This document shows, piece after piece, positions 24,872 to 38,575 of a DNA stretch of 64,000 bases. Numbering within the stretch: the stretch's first letter is position 1; every line of letters starts with the position of its first letter. Position numbers and translations under genes: made by a program. The stretch comes from Epiperipatus broadwayi (Eukaryota > Animalia > Onychophora): the NCBI GenBank assembly GCA_028023455.1, contig JAQFVV010000005.1, positions 11,036,001-11,100,000 on the forward strand, read 5' to 3'. The notes under the pieces were generated by a model. That model was given only the letters and a program-made list of their open reading frames with translations. It was not told the origin of the DNA and made no database searches.

Positions 24872-27800
24872 ATATAAATTGTATAGAGCAGTGAAACCAA
24901 CTACTATTGCCCTAAACAATAATATAGGATTAGGCTAATTACTTGATTGGCAATCTAATCAAAATCTAACACAGACTCCAACACATATATATATTTTATT
25001 AGCCTGTTACTTATTACAGTAATTTAACTCTACTTTATTATTTAAAGATGCTGCTTTTATGAATTAATGGATAAGCTTCTAAGTACCTGTAATAGCACTT
25101 TACAAAACATTTGTTTGCAAACAGACATTATTTAAACAACAAAACAAAATAATGCCTGAACCCAAATATGCATATATCTATTTTAGCAAACGCTAAATAG
25201 ACAGATAAACACTCTATTAGCTCATTTCTAACTTTATCATGTCCAATCACATTATATAAAAGACATATAGAGCTTCTATTGGATGTTTATTAAACTGTGA
25301 GCCTTAATACACCTTGTTTGAAAATTTTAAACAATTGAGTAAAATTGATTGATAACAATTAAAACACATGATTATATTTGATATTTATATAGATTGAAAT
25401 AATATTCAATTGAATCGGTCAATGAAATTTATTCTCTTCATGTTATAAGAGTCTAAGAAAATATCCAAGACGAATTATTCCAAACTAAACGATAAAGTAT
25501 AATTTAGATCTTTATAACGGAATCAGACAAACATGAAATGATTGACTTTGTACTATTAACTAAGATAAATGATAATATGTATGTATAATTTTCGCATGCA
25601 AATATAAATATGAAAATTATATAGAAACAAAATAAATTTACTAGTAAGCTAAACATACCTTATCTTATATTCCAATTTGCTTACCAAGCTGAGCCTGAAT
25701 TCCGCTACTTAAATGGCTACGCCGTCTTACGCAATCCAAATAAGACAAAATAATTAAACTAGTCTTGATATTCAAATTAACTCAATTTATTAGATTATAA
25801 GAAAGAAAATTGACAATATTCATGATATAATACATCCGAAATGACTTTATATTTTAGATGGGTTGATTAAATAAAATGATCATATTGCTATGTGTTTCTC
25901 TATATACGTGTTGCAATAACAATAACGACACAAACAAAAAAAAATAAATGAATAAATGACAGGAAAGGCCCTTAGATATTTTACTAAAATAAAATATACA
26001 TATAACCTATACCAAAATGTGAAATAGGAGGATATCAAAATCTATTTGTTTATCAAAATAATTACGGATAAATGAATATGAAATAAAGAATATTTTGAGC
26101 CTCTCCGATCATTTTCATCTAATAGCTTATACTACTTTTAGATAAAAAAAAATCATCATATTTTACTACATAAAAAAAATATATAACACACGTACATTTT
26201 ATATAAAAAAAAATCATACCATATTTTTATAAATCAGTTCGTTCACTGTTTACTGGTCTATCGATCGACCTCAATCATAGTGTATAGAAAAGTTTCTCCG
26301 TCAGAAATGGTAATCGTAAACCCTGCAATACTTCATTAAAAAGTTTCCTTTTCAATTTTTTTTTTTCTTTTTTTTCCCTTTTTCTCCTTTCTCTTCTCTC
26401 CTGAAGATGTGAGTGCACTTTGACTATTCCCATTATGAGGTGAAGTGATCCATTGGGTTCATGTTCCGATGTTTATGCAAATCCATTTTTTTTTTTTTTT
26501 TATTTTTACTTCATAGGTTTCTTCTTCTTATTTTTTTTTTTTTTTATTGTTGCCGCCTTCCGAGACTCCCTTTCCACTGCCCGCTGAATGATTGAACGGG
26601 CAGACAATTCCTTTATTTTTTCATGTTTTATAGTTTTACATCCAAAATATTAAAAAAAAAATTCATTTTTTTTTTTTTTTTTTTTAAAGACACGGAAAAT
26701 AAATCTGTCCTTTACTATTGCAAAATGATAAAGCTTGTGTGTCCTGTTATCTTCTGAAATGTCATTTTTATATGTTCTCTTTCTGACGTTGTCTTATCCT
26801 GGCGACCACACACGGTTATAGATAAGAAGATACGTGAAGATTAAATCCAAATTCGATTACAAATTTTTTTTTTTAATATTATTTTATAAACCAAAATACA
26901 AAATTGATATAATAACCTTTTAAATTATTGATACACATCAATGATTTACACCTATCTATATACTTCCCTTTAATAATAATATTTTTATAAAAAAAAATCT
27001 ATAAATAAAATGTACACAACATATATGTAAACATTAAACTGTATGTAATAATGTTACTATGGTGTCTGCATTCATATCTGAAAAGTATAAAATAATATCA
27101 ATCCGATTTAGTTAAATTTATATTATGCTGAATGGTTTACTATGTTTTTCTTTTCTTTTCTTACAATTTTTTTTTTTTTTATATCTATACCTGGATCATC
27201 AATTTGAACACTCACAATATAAAATAATGAATCTATAAAATTAAAAATTATTTTATTAAACTTTTCATTTTACAAAAGTGATTAAAAAAAAAAAAACAAT
27301 TGTAAAAGCTAGAACATTTACACACTGTGTAATGAGATAAAACATACATGTACAATAAGAGTTTGCTAATTAGAGTATTCTAGCTTTAATAAAGAACACA
27401 TAATTTTGGTTACGAAGATGCTTTAGTCTGATTCATTTTTTATGCAAACAAAATGCATTGACGCCTGAACAGCATGGAAGACAAATAAATATTAATCCTT
27501 GACTGAAATCTCAAAAATATTCAATATGTTTGTGCCATATAAAAAATTCATTGATGAGAAATATTTGCTTAATAAATGACAAATTTCAAGGTATAATCAA
27601 AAGATATCAATTGAGACATTCAATCAATTATTACACAAAGTATGCTTTGAAATTCATAAGAACTTTATTTTAAAAAATAATAATTTTGGTAACACTATTA
27701 AATTTAGAATATACATATGGTATCATTCTTCATTAGGGGACCCAGTATTTAATACTTTTAATGAATTCATGTAGTTATATATTTATATATGAAAATAATT

Positions 27801-28839
27801 AACTTTTGTAATTTTTTTTTTTAATTATACCTAAATAGTAAACAAATAATCAGAGTTTTTAATTAATCAACAATATCACATTTATATTATAAAGGTAGAA
27901 AACACAGTGTGACACTTTTAAGAAATTAATTACTAATCAAAAAAATAAAAAACAATCACATTGAAATTCAGTTTTGTATTATTACTATACAAAAATGAAA
28001 CTAAATGTGATTTATCTGTAAAGATATGGGCATTTGACAATGTAAATAAAAACAATTGCAAACTGAAATTATGCTGTACTCCAGCTATAATCACATATGA
28101 AATTTCTCTACAATATTCATCCCAGCTGATTTTATTTCCAGTAAGATTGCAATTAAAATCCAATGATATAAAAAATTGCCTTTATTCATTTTCTTTCACC
28201 TGCATTTTATTATTTAACTCAAATCTAAATATGAAATCACAAAAAATACTCACAATATGATTAGCATTAGATATAGACAAATCAATTTTTGTATATTTGA
28301 TTCAATTTTATCTAATATATGAGAATTTTTTTAATTGCAAGATTCATTTTCAATTTCTAATTTAATAATTAAAAATTAATTTTTAGTAATTTAATAATTT
28401 CGAGCTGTAAAAAAACTGATTACCATTGATGATAGATGATGGTAAAATGCAATAAACTCAAAATCCACTCTACATTGATATCACATTTGGAAGATGAGAT
28501 TTATCTAAAACTCATAGAAAATTATTATGACTATTTGTATTTTTATATTGGACTATTGCCATTATCTAATACATGTGTTGAATGTCTTTCAACAAACATA
28601 TTAGATGATGATAATAGTCCAATATAAAACTACAACTAGAATACCATCATCACAAAACGTCAGGAAAACACTATTATGACTATACTTTTATATAGAATAT
28701 ATAGCAACACCTCAAAGGCCTTCAAAAAAATTTGTGTGATATTTGTGATTATTTTCTAAATTTTACAGATTAAGATATTTATCCTTAGATAATTTAGCAA
28801 AATAAAATAGATAAAAAAATGATTTTATCATATAAAAAT

Positions 28840-28981
28840 TGTAATATTTAAACAGCATTAAACTGGCCACTTTATCTTTTCCAAAGACTTTATCATGTGT
28901 TTGAAGTGTTAGTATTCAGTCATTTATAGTTAAAATCTGCAAAGCGCATGTGCACCAGTTTAATGCTGTTTAAATATTACA
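28840..28981. repeat. Perfect 27-bp inverted repeat around an 88-bp spacer (MITE-like)
   Basis: TGTAATATTTAAACAGCATTAAACTGG at 28840-28866 and its exact reverse complement at 28955-28981. No TSD seen. Confidence 0.7.
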
Positions 28982-29693
28982 GTGTATAAACATCGCGCTA
29001 TATAAAATAATTGATTTATTTACATATAAAAATTGATAAAACCATCCGTCGAGCTAATCCATATCCTTTTTATGTATGAGAATATGGCAACAGTAACTAT
29101 ACAAATGTTCATAACTTATTTAAATATTATAAAGTTTTAATCCATAACACTTACAGAAACCTAATTTAAAAAACTGTTGTTGTTTTTTTTGCTATTAATA
29201 AAATATAATAATGAACTTGACAATTAAAGACTCCTGAATTAAAATTCAACTCGTCCTTTCCATTATTCAAATATTATATAATTTCCAAACAACTAATCAA
29301 TTATTTCAGTATAACTGTCCAGAAACATTGATTTGACTGCATATTTATAAAAGAAAATAGATGCCAATTTTTCCATTTTGAATAGTTTTTTATTTTGAAC
29401 AGAATATACCGATCATTTGAAGGAACATAAAATAGAGAAAGAATTCAGATTTTAAACATAACATATTCAATTTAAAATTGTGCCAAGTTTTATTTTTTGA
29501 AATCTCATAATAATTTCCTAGTCATAGGCTAACACATTTTTAAAATATAGTTTGTAGCTGTTCTTCTACTACTTTCCTTTTATTTTCACAGTTGTAATCA
29601 GTAAAAATAAATACAATGTGTGTGTATTTTATATAGATGGAAGCACTTGTGAATTGCACAATTATTTTGTATTATTATTCCAGAATAATTTCA

Positions 29694-30818
29694 TCAACTG
29701 AAACAAATAAGAATCTCAAGTGTATCATGATCAGTAAAATGACTGGATTCATGAAGTTCCATTATATTTTTCATTGTATCTTGGTAATTACATAAATGAC
29801 ACATAAACACATTACTATTAATTTGATAGTCTTCTTCATGTGTATATTTTTTTTGTTTATTTTCATATAATTTTGAAGATGATTGTTTAATATGAGGACG
29901 CTTTTCATGTTTAATTAAAGTCCAGCCAGAAGTTGTACTGAAGTCACATAAGCTGCACTGAAAAGGTTTAATGCCTGTATGAGTTCTTTCATGTATTATT
30001 AAATTACTTTTCTTAGCAGCTCGATAGTCACAAAAGTTGCAATGAAAAGGTTTTACTTCCATATGAGTTCTTTCATGTGTTATTAAATTACTTTTCTGAG
30101 CAGACTTATATTTACACAAGTTACACTTGAAAGGTTTTTCTCCAGTATGAGTTCTTTCGTGTACTATTAAAGTTTGTTTCACAGCAGTCTGATAATCACA
30201 AACATTACATTTAAAAGGTTTCTCACCAATATGACATTTCTCATGTATTAAAATTTTTCTTTCAGCAGGCTTGTAATTACATGCATGACATTTTAAACAT
30301 TTTTCACCAGTATGAGCTCTTTCATGTACGTTTAAAGAGCTTTTCCCAACAGTACTGTAATCACAATAATGGCATTGGTGAGGTTTTTCTCCTGTATGAA
30401 ACATTTTGTGCATTTTTAAACTTTTCTTTGATGCAGACTTATAATTACATATACTGCAACTAAATGGCTTATCCCCTGTGTGAGTTCTTTCATGCATTTG
30501 TAATTTGCTCCTTTCTGCAGTCTTAAAATCACACCAAATACAATGGAATGGTTTTTCTCCTGTATGCAATCTTTCATGTTTCAGCAAGTAATTTTGCCTA
30601 GCACCCTTGTAATCACATAAAGAACATTTGAAAGGTTTTTCGCCAGTGTGAGTTCTTTCATGTAATATTAAACCCCTTCTAACTGCAGCCTTGAAATCAC
30701 ACAAACTGCAATGAAAAGGCTTTAGGCTTGTGTGATTACTTTCATATATCTTAGCAACCTTAAAATTAGATAATTGATTCATCAGCAATTTTTCTTCTTT
30801 GTTAATTATTTTATCCAT
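29694..30818 (-). CDS. C2H2 (Kruppel-type) zinc-finger protein, 11 fingers
   Basis: Uninterrupted ORF with repeated CxxC...HxxxH fingers and TGEKPF linkers. First ATG at 30818 (the ORF-track start at 30848 is TTG). An upstream exon cannot be excluded. Confidence 0.9.
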   Translation of the reverse strand: MDKIINKEEKLLMNQLSNFKVAKIYESNHTSLKPFHCSLCDFKAAVRRGLILHERTHTGEKPFKCSLCDYKGARQNYLLKHERLHTGEKPFHCIWCDFKTAERSKLQMHERTHTGDKPFSCSICNYKSASKKSLKMHKMFHTGEKPHQCHYCDYSTVGKSSLNVHERAHTGEKCLKCHACNYKPAERKILIHEKCHIGEKPFKCNVCDYQTAVKQTLIVHERTHTGEKPFKCNLCKYKSAQKSNLITHERTHMEVKPFHCNFCDYRAAKKSNLIIHERTHTGIKPFQCSLCDFSTTSGWTLIKHEKRPHIKQSSSKLYENKQKKYTHEEDYQINSNVFMCHLCNYQDTMKNIMELHESSHFTDHDTLEILICFS

Positions 30819-31109
30819 AGTATGATTTATCACAAGGCATTTAAACAAAATTTTCTAAGTTTATAATAGTAAAGCATAGCCACAAATTAATTACACAATC
30901 TCAATAAGTTGTTTTTTTTCACTAGTATGAAATTTTGTATGATGGTTATTATAATCAATTTCTGGAAAAAATATGATTTATCAGAAGGCATTTAAACAAA
31001 ATTTTCTAAGTGTATAATAGTCAAGTACTTACTTCTCATAGCAACCAATTAATTACATAATCTCAATAAGATATTTTTTTTCACTTGTATGAAATTTTGT
31101 ATGATAGTT

Positions 31110-31209
31110 TTTTTTTTCTAAGTGTCAAAGCATCAGCTGGGAAGTAACCCACAAAACCAGGACAACTGCTGGTAGGCAGCTGTGCTGACCACTCGGCCAC
31201 TAATGCTTC
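31110..31209 (-). mobile_element. About 100-nt tRNA-Gly(TCC)-derived SINE with poly(A) tail and 18-bp TSD
   Basis: Minus strand GCATTAGTGGCCGAGTGGTCAGCACAGCTGCCTACCAGCAGTTG...TGACACTTAG(A)n. TSD AAATTTTGTATGATAGTT at 31092-31109 and 31210-31227. Confidence 0.8.
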
Positions 31210-34200
31210 AAATTTTGTATGATAGTTAAATCAATTTCTGGAAAAAAATTGTCGTTACATCAATAGCCCTTTTGACTGAATTACAGTGTGTACTGAACAT
31301 TTAATTTTTTGCATAATTTATGCTCTTATATATCATTATTTTTATATACTTATTACTTAAAATAAAAAGACTTTTTAAATTAATACTAGATATTTTCAGG
31401 GATTGAAATGATTTTTGATTAATTATGGCTTAAAAAAACTTGAATAATAAAAATCTATAAAATCAAAATAAATTCAATATTAATTTCACTTTCTTTTAAA
31501 GTATTTTTTTAAAAAATATATTTAAAATCAATAGTTTAGCATTCCAAAGAAATTTGGAATTTAAGACATAACAAATAAAATACAATATCATGATTTCTAA
31601 AACCAGCTTCATACAATGGTAATACTAAAAAACCGTAACCATTTTGAACTTTCAAGATTAAGTTCTACTTCTTCAACTGTCATGTCAATTTTGTAGATTT
31701 TGTGCAATCCGATATATAAACTAGTTACTGTCATCTCAAAAGACCATTAAAATTTGAACACTTCCCCCAACTATAAAAATTACATTTCTGATTTCTCTAA
31801 ATATGTATTTTTCCTAATTTAAAATTGATATTTACACATCACAATATGTTAAAATTTTCCATTTTTATTAACAATCACATTATTTTCAATTATGCTTGAT
31901 GATGTCTTGCTATTAATATCAGGTGACAGTACCTCTACACTTCTAAACTTTTTCCCATTCTTTGAAATGAAATCATCATTAAAAAATACTCTATATTTAG
32001 TAATAGTAACTGTAATTTATTGATTAGTTTAAACTATTCATTTGAAAAATCAAATACATATTCTTTTCAGAGTAATATGATCAGTAATGACTATAATCAA
32101 GATCCTGTTATTAATGTAATTCCTAATAAAAAGTAACTGGGACAATTATGAGAAAAATATTTTCATTTATGATCAACAATCATTTATACATTATAATGCA
32201 TTAATGGATCACTTAATCCTGGGCCAATATCTTCACTGATTTCTTCCATGAATACAATCACAATAATCATACACACAATTTTTATTCCTATTGTAAAAGA
32301 CTGGAGTTTTTCAGATGTGATTTACGGCCAACCTAAATAAATAAATATATGAATTTTTTCTGGATTAGAATTAATAGATTAAGTATCTGAAAAAAATGTA
32401 TTTTGTTGCATTTGCTTTAAAATAAACAAATTTAAACAAAGAATTAATAAAAAAAAAAAGAATTTTTGAGAAAACTCTTATATGATTTGTGTTATAATAA
32501 TCATTTAAAAATTAAGACTTTAAAAGCTAAAACAGCTTTTAAAACCTGTTGCATGGAAGGATTCTCTTATGGAAGAGAAATAAGAATTTAAATGTTTTTC
32601 TATCCTTGTTTAACTCTCTACATATAGCAATAAAAACTGATAGGACCATCAATCCTGGTTAAAAAAAAACCACTAACATTTCCCAACTGTGATCTATGAA
32701 ACATCAGTATTTCCTGAAATAAGCAAATGTTATGTGGAAAATTAAAGTGATTTATATTTTAATATTTTATACATAAATATCTCAAAAATTTTTAAAAATA
32801 TAATTAAATGTTAGAATATTTTTAGATTTTAACTTTCTTTCTTAAATATTTTAGTCGCATTAAATGTCTGTTTTTTAATATAAATAAATACAAAATTAAA
32901 ATTAATTTTCATAATTAAAAAAAAGTTTGAAAAATACTGCATTAGAAAAACTTATAGTTCAGCAATCACTGTCAAAGAATTTCTGAAATTCCAGCATGAT
33001 TTCAAAATTTAATATGATTACTATAATTAAACAGACAATAGTTTAAATAGTAGTTCATTTTTCCAGTTTAAAAATGTTTTTTTTTTTTAAAAAAAAATTA
33101 TGAGAAAGTTTTACATTAAAAAATTGATTAAAAAAATTAAAGCAAATGCAATGAAAATACAAACTATGTGAACAAAATAAATTCTAAAATTACATATTAA
33201 GTAATAATAATATATAAATAATATTTTGTTGATAAGAGATTTAAGAATAAAGTTGTTCAGCTTATTCTTTAAGTTTCTGATGTTTATAAGTTTAACCAGA
33301 CCAACAAAAAAATACAGAGTGAACTGAGTATATCAGCCAAATAGAAATATGACATTAGTAATTATTAAATTAAATCTGTTATACAAAAATGAAGACTGAC
33401 TCTCACTTTTAGTGCTCTTGCTTTAATAATTAAATAGAAGTTTATATAATAAGTATTTAATAAGCAAAGATCAATATATATATATATAATTAATAAAGTA
33501 AACCACACTTTTCACGCTATCTCCGCCCTTGTATAATTGATTAGTAATTTAATAATTATTAATATCCTATTTCCATCAGGTTGATATACTGAATTCACTC
33601 TATATTTCCATCACAGTAGGAATAAACTTATAAACATCAAAAGCTATAAGAATAAATAACTATTCTATTTTTGATTCTTTCTCAATAGAGTACTACTTTT
33701 TTATAACCTAAGAGGGTAAATGGTTTATTCCATTAATTAGATATACCAAGCTTTGCTAATTTAACATTAATATTTCTTAAATTCTGTTTAATTATTAAAT
33801 CAAAGTCATTAAAATGAGATTCAGTTTCCAAACCTTATTCTATTTCCATAAATGTCGGGAGCATGAAGAAAAATCGGTATCTATCCTATTCTTGATCCTT
33901 TATCAAAAGTATTATTTATTCAGTTTAAAGAAAAAGTAGTTTATTCCATTAATTATATTTATATTGAGCTATGCCAATTTAATGTTTATGATGATACACA
34001 AGCATAATTATTTATAAACTACAGAAGAAAAAAAAATCAGATAAAAAACAAACAACATTGTAATATAAATTCCAATATATATAATTAAATAATAAGTGAT
34101 TAAAATAAAATGAATGATTTTGGAATTAATTTATAAAACTGTCAGGAATAATGTAACTTAAAACAAGTTATCAGAACTACAATGAGTCCAGTAATAGTCA

Positions 34201-34756
34201 AATTTCAAAGAAACATTAACATATTCATTTGTACTAATCTAAGATACTCTTTCATGTGAGATGTTTCATAAATGAAAATTCGAAATATAAATGATTTTAT
34301 TTAAGTTTTCCCATTTATTTTCTATAATGAAAATAAATTCCATTTATTTAGCAGCAATAAAAATTGCTGAAAAATTAATACAAAGTTCTGTATTGCATGG
34401 AAACACACATCAAGATATTTAAACAAAAAAAAAAAAAATTTAAGAAATTGTATGAAATAATTTTTAAGAACATCAATTCTAATTAACTTAAAACAGAAAT
34501 TTCATATTCTCTGAATATGTATGGCAACAATGCTTCAAAAGATTGCTAAAGCAACTGTGTTATAGTAAAATATAATGGTCTCAGCATACATAGGAATGAC
34601 ACTTCCATCAAATCTGTACAATATTAGGTTCATCTTTTTTAAACAAGCAATTGCATTAATACTTGTGATTACACTTAAATGTTTAACCCCTAAGTGAGAA
34701 GAGCTAGATGATATTTTACTGACTTGAATACTAGTTGATTTATATATCATCTAATG

Positions 34757-35100
34757 AAAAGAAAAATCCTAAGCTTGTAATTGTCTGATAAAATGTCAGT
34801 CAATCAAAACTCAAACTGCTGATCATATGCATAACAAAGTTGCACTAATTACTAGGTTGTAAAGCTTTCTCACAGGACCAATTCATTATATATAAATCAA
34901 AAAAACAATGTAAATAATCCAGTTGAAAGAAAAATCTTAAGCTTGTCATTCTGATAAAATGTCATATGTTCACTCAATCCTGAATCAAATTGCAGATCAT
35001 ATGCATGGTAGAGTTGTACTGATTACTATGTTGTAAGGCTTTCTCATATTACAGAACCAATTCATTATGTATAAATAAAAACCAATATACATCCTATTTG
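34757..35100. repeat. Diverged tandem duplication, about 169-bp period
   Basis: GAAA(A)GAAAAATC(C/T)TAAGCTTGT...GATAAAATGTCA...GATCATATGCAT...ACCAATTCATTAT repeated at about 34757 and about 34926. Confidence 0.75.
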
Positions 35101-35379
35101 CAATTTCAACTATGACCTAGCACATTTTTTACATTTTATGAAACAACAAAATAACATTTTAATGAATTATTGTTGAATACTAATTATAGGCACTTCTGGC
35201 TATTTGGCAAAAAAAAAAAAGCTATATATAAAATAAGTGAAATCCAATGCTTCTCGTTTGTAAAGGCAAATAGCCAGAAAATAGTTTGAGAATTTCGTTG
35301 ACAAAATTATCACATGGCTACTCATGCTTAAATGAGTGGCTCTAGAATAAGGATGTTGAAATAATTACTGCTGTTAATG

Positions 35380-36140
35380 TGAATCTTAAATAGAATATAG
35401 GCTCACACAATTATTTTGAGAATTTCTTTTTATCGGCATAAGATCTACTTTCACAGGAAAAAGACTCACATAAACATTATTTTTATGTTTTGTACAAATA
35501 ATTTGAAGATTTATAAATTACACGAATTGCTTTACAAGATTTTTCTCAAAATATTTCAAAATTACCTTTTACAGCAATATAATAATTTCTTACACTGCAG
35601 AGAAAGATTTTTTTTATCTAGAATGACTATTTTTCTGTATTACAAAAACTTTTCTTCTTGATGTTTTGTAATCATATAAGCTGCAATAAAAAATTGCTTT
35701 CCTATTATGATTGAGTTATATATTTAAAATTACTTTTGACAGTAGTTTTGTAATTCTAAAGGCTATAAAAGAAATCACTTTTTCACTACGATAATTTTTT
35801 CATGTATTAATTATTTTAAATAGCATAATTGAAATCACACAATATACACTAAATTCCTAGCTTTTCTACAGAATAACTACTTTGATGCATTATTAAAAAA
35901 TTTTACTCATAAAACCTTGTAATCTCCTAAGCTGCAATTCTCTTCAACTAATTATAAAGAAAGTTTTGTAAAACGTTTTGCAATCACACATAGTAATGTA
36001 GAAGTTTAGATGATTTTCTGTGTTGTTATAATCAATCATACTTCTAAAAAAAAAAGATCTTTCTCCAGTATATATTTTTTCATGTACTTTCAATCTACTT
36101 TTGAAAATAGTTTTATAACAACCCAAATTATCCCTGAAGA
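35380..36140 (-). pseudogene. Decayed C2H2 zinc-finger array
   Basis: Minus strand reads CYKTIFKSRLKVHEKIYTGERSF, HEKNYRSEK and CDFNY-like finger remnants, with many stops and frameshifts. Confidence 0.65.
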
Positions 36141-37100
36141 TTTCACCTCTATATTGTGATGGAGAATTATGGAGATGAAAAGCAATTTCTCGAAATACCC
36201 TATGTAACGAATAAAAAAAAAACTGAAAAGGGTTGTGATCCACAAATGAACACAAATTTGGATGAGCAGAGATGCACAAATGGACTTAGAATAATTTCAA
36301 TCTACATTATAATGGATTAATGAATCTGTAAGGTGCCAATGATTCCACAGATAAGTGCTTTGCTTGGAAAAGAAAATAAAAATTCAATAAATAATAATTT
36401 ACTTATTAATGAGATATAGTATGGAATGTACAATTGAATATCTTAATAATAAAATAAATGGTGTAATAAAATAATTTTGTTTAATAGAATGATTTATGCA
36501 ATAATTAAATCAAATGATCCCTAGGTTAATAATAATAAAATGTAAGTTTATTACAGTAGACATTAACTCATTGAAGTGACTAAAGCAAATAACATCTCTT
36601 TGATCCTAACAACTGCCATCTAACATCATTCACTGTATATTATAAACTATTCCTAACAGGTCGCAATTGTTAGATATGATCTATAAACCAAAATCAATAA
36701 TGTGCACGCATTAAAAAAATTAATACTAATTTTTTTTAAAAAAAATATATCAATCTCATGTTAAATCAAATAATGCTTTTATAATAACAGTCATTTTATA
36801 ATTTATACTAAATATTATGAAATATTAAATGCTTTAAATTTTGATTATTTTCTAAAAATAATATATTAATAATTAAGTATTATTTTATTTTATTATTTAA
36901 ATGTGTATTGAATAACAATAAATAGATAATGATTAAAAAAATATTTCTAGATATCTATCGGTGTGTACTATTATTCCAATGATTATTATTAATAGATAAA
37001 AGTTAATAAACGGATGCAACTCTCCATACAGTAGTGCCACCCTGAGTAATCAATGGATGACAGAAGGCTCGTGCATAAAATCCCCATCTAGTGCCTACTC

Positions 37101-37159
37101 ATCCAATATCCCCAGACCAGTTTCTGACTTGTGGCCTTCGTCAGTGAGGAGCCTTGGAT
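37101..37159 (-). ncRNA. Type I hammerhead ribozyme, intact core (family A)
   Basis: Minus strand: ATCCAA GGC TCCTCA CTGACGA A GGC-CACAA-GTC A GAAA C-TG-G TC TGGGGA TA TTGGAT. Predicted GUC cleavage between 37115 and 37114. Confidence 0.9.
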
Positions 37160-37556
37160 CTGAGAGCACTGCGCCTAGATCTTAGGATCTAATGCAACCC
37201 CCAGCAGCCACATTTTATCTCTACTTAACTATAAAACTATGAGAATGAAAAAATTGAAAACACAATAATATTTTCAATCTAAGCTCAATAGCTTATATAG
37301 TCATATGGGTCTGAACTTAGTTCAGCACCCATACATTTTGGCGACTTTGGCTCTTTAACAACCATAGCCACCACTATCCTATTAGGCAGGATGGTGTTAA
37401 ATCACTAAACTTCACATGATCACCATCTCTTATGCTAGCACATAACTGTTATTAGACAGGCAAAACTCTCCATATAGTAGTGCCACCCTGTGCCAACCAG
37501 AGTAATCAATGGATGCCAGAAGGCTTGTGCATAAAATCCCCATCTAGTGCCTACTC

Positions 37557-37615
37557 ATCCAATATCCCCAGAATAGTTTCTGGCTTGTGGCCTTTGACAG
37601 TGAGGAGCATTGAAT
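37557..37615 (-). ncRNA. Hammerhead ribozyme copy with degenerate core (family A)
   Basis: Minus strand core reads CTGTCAA instead of CTGAYGA; stems I and II retained. Confidence 0.7.
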
Positions 37616-38131
37616 CTGAGAGCACTGCACCTAGATCTTAGGATCTAATGCAACCCTCCAGCAGCCATCTTTTATCTCTACTTAACTACAAAACTATGAG
37701 AATGAAATTGAAAACACAATAATATTTACAATCTAAGCTCAATAGCTTATATAAGTAGGCACTAAATGGGGATTTTATGCACAAGCCTTCTGGCATCCAT
37801 TGATTACCCTGGTGGCACAGATTGGCACTACAGTATGGAGAGTTTTGCCTGCTTAATAAGTTATGTGCTAGCGTAAGAGATGGTGATCAAGTGATGTTTA
37901 GTGATTTAACACGAATCCTGCCTAATAGGGTAGCGGTGGCTATGGTTGTTAAAGAGCCAAAGTCACCAAAATGTATGAGTGCGGAACTGAGTTCAGACCA
38001 TATGCCTATATCAGCTATTGAGCTTAGATTGAAAATATTATTGTGTTTTCAATTTCATTCTCATAGTTTTGTAGTTGAGATAAAAGGTGGCTGCTGGAGG
38101 GTTGCATTAGATCTAGATGCAGTGCTCTCAG

Positions 38132-38190
38132 ATCCAAAACTCCTCACTGACGAAGACCACAGACCAGAAACTAGTCTGGGGATATTGGAC
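38132..38190 (+). ncRNA. Hammerhead ribozyme copy, core intact but stem II disrupted (family A)
   Basis: TCCTCA CTGACGA AGACCACAGACCA GAAA CTAG TC TGGGGA. Predicted site between 38176 and 38177. Confidence 0.75.
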
Positions 38191-38575
38191 GAGTAGGCAC
38201 TAGATGGGGATTTTTATGCATAAGCCTTCTGGCTTCCATTGATTACTCTGGTTGGTACAGGGTGGGACTACTGTAAGGAGAGTTTTGCCTTTTTAATAAG
38301 TTATGTGTTAGCATAAGAGACAGTGATCGTGTGATGTTTAGTGGTTTAATACCCAATCCTGCCTAATAGGATAGTGGTGGCTATGGTTGTTAAAAAGCCA
38401 AAGTCACCAAAATAAATGGGTGCTGAAGTGAGTTCAAACCCTATTTTAGCTATTGAGCTTAGATTGAAAATATTATTGTGATTTCCAATTTCATTCTCAT
38501 AGTTTTGTAGTGGAGATAAAAGATGGCTGCTGGAGGGTTGCATTAGATCCTAAGATCTAGGTGCAGTGCTCTTAG

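Noticed and set aside
26255-26320. U3 snoRNA-like 5' segment (TATAGAAAAGTTTCTC)
   Set aside because: Weak resemblance; boxes A', B, C and D could not be placed in a consistent order and spacing.
34535-34750. 71-aa ORF with a plausible upstream splice acceptor
   Set aside because: No recognisable domain, partner exon or donor; cannot be supported as a gene.
37822-38543. ORFs 37822-38196, 38346-38543, 18536-18733 and 18766-18966
   Set aside because: Chance ORFs in the GC-richer non-coding retrozyme units; frames are not preserved between copies.
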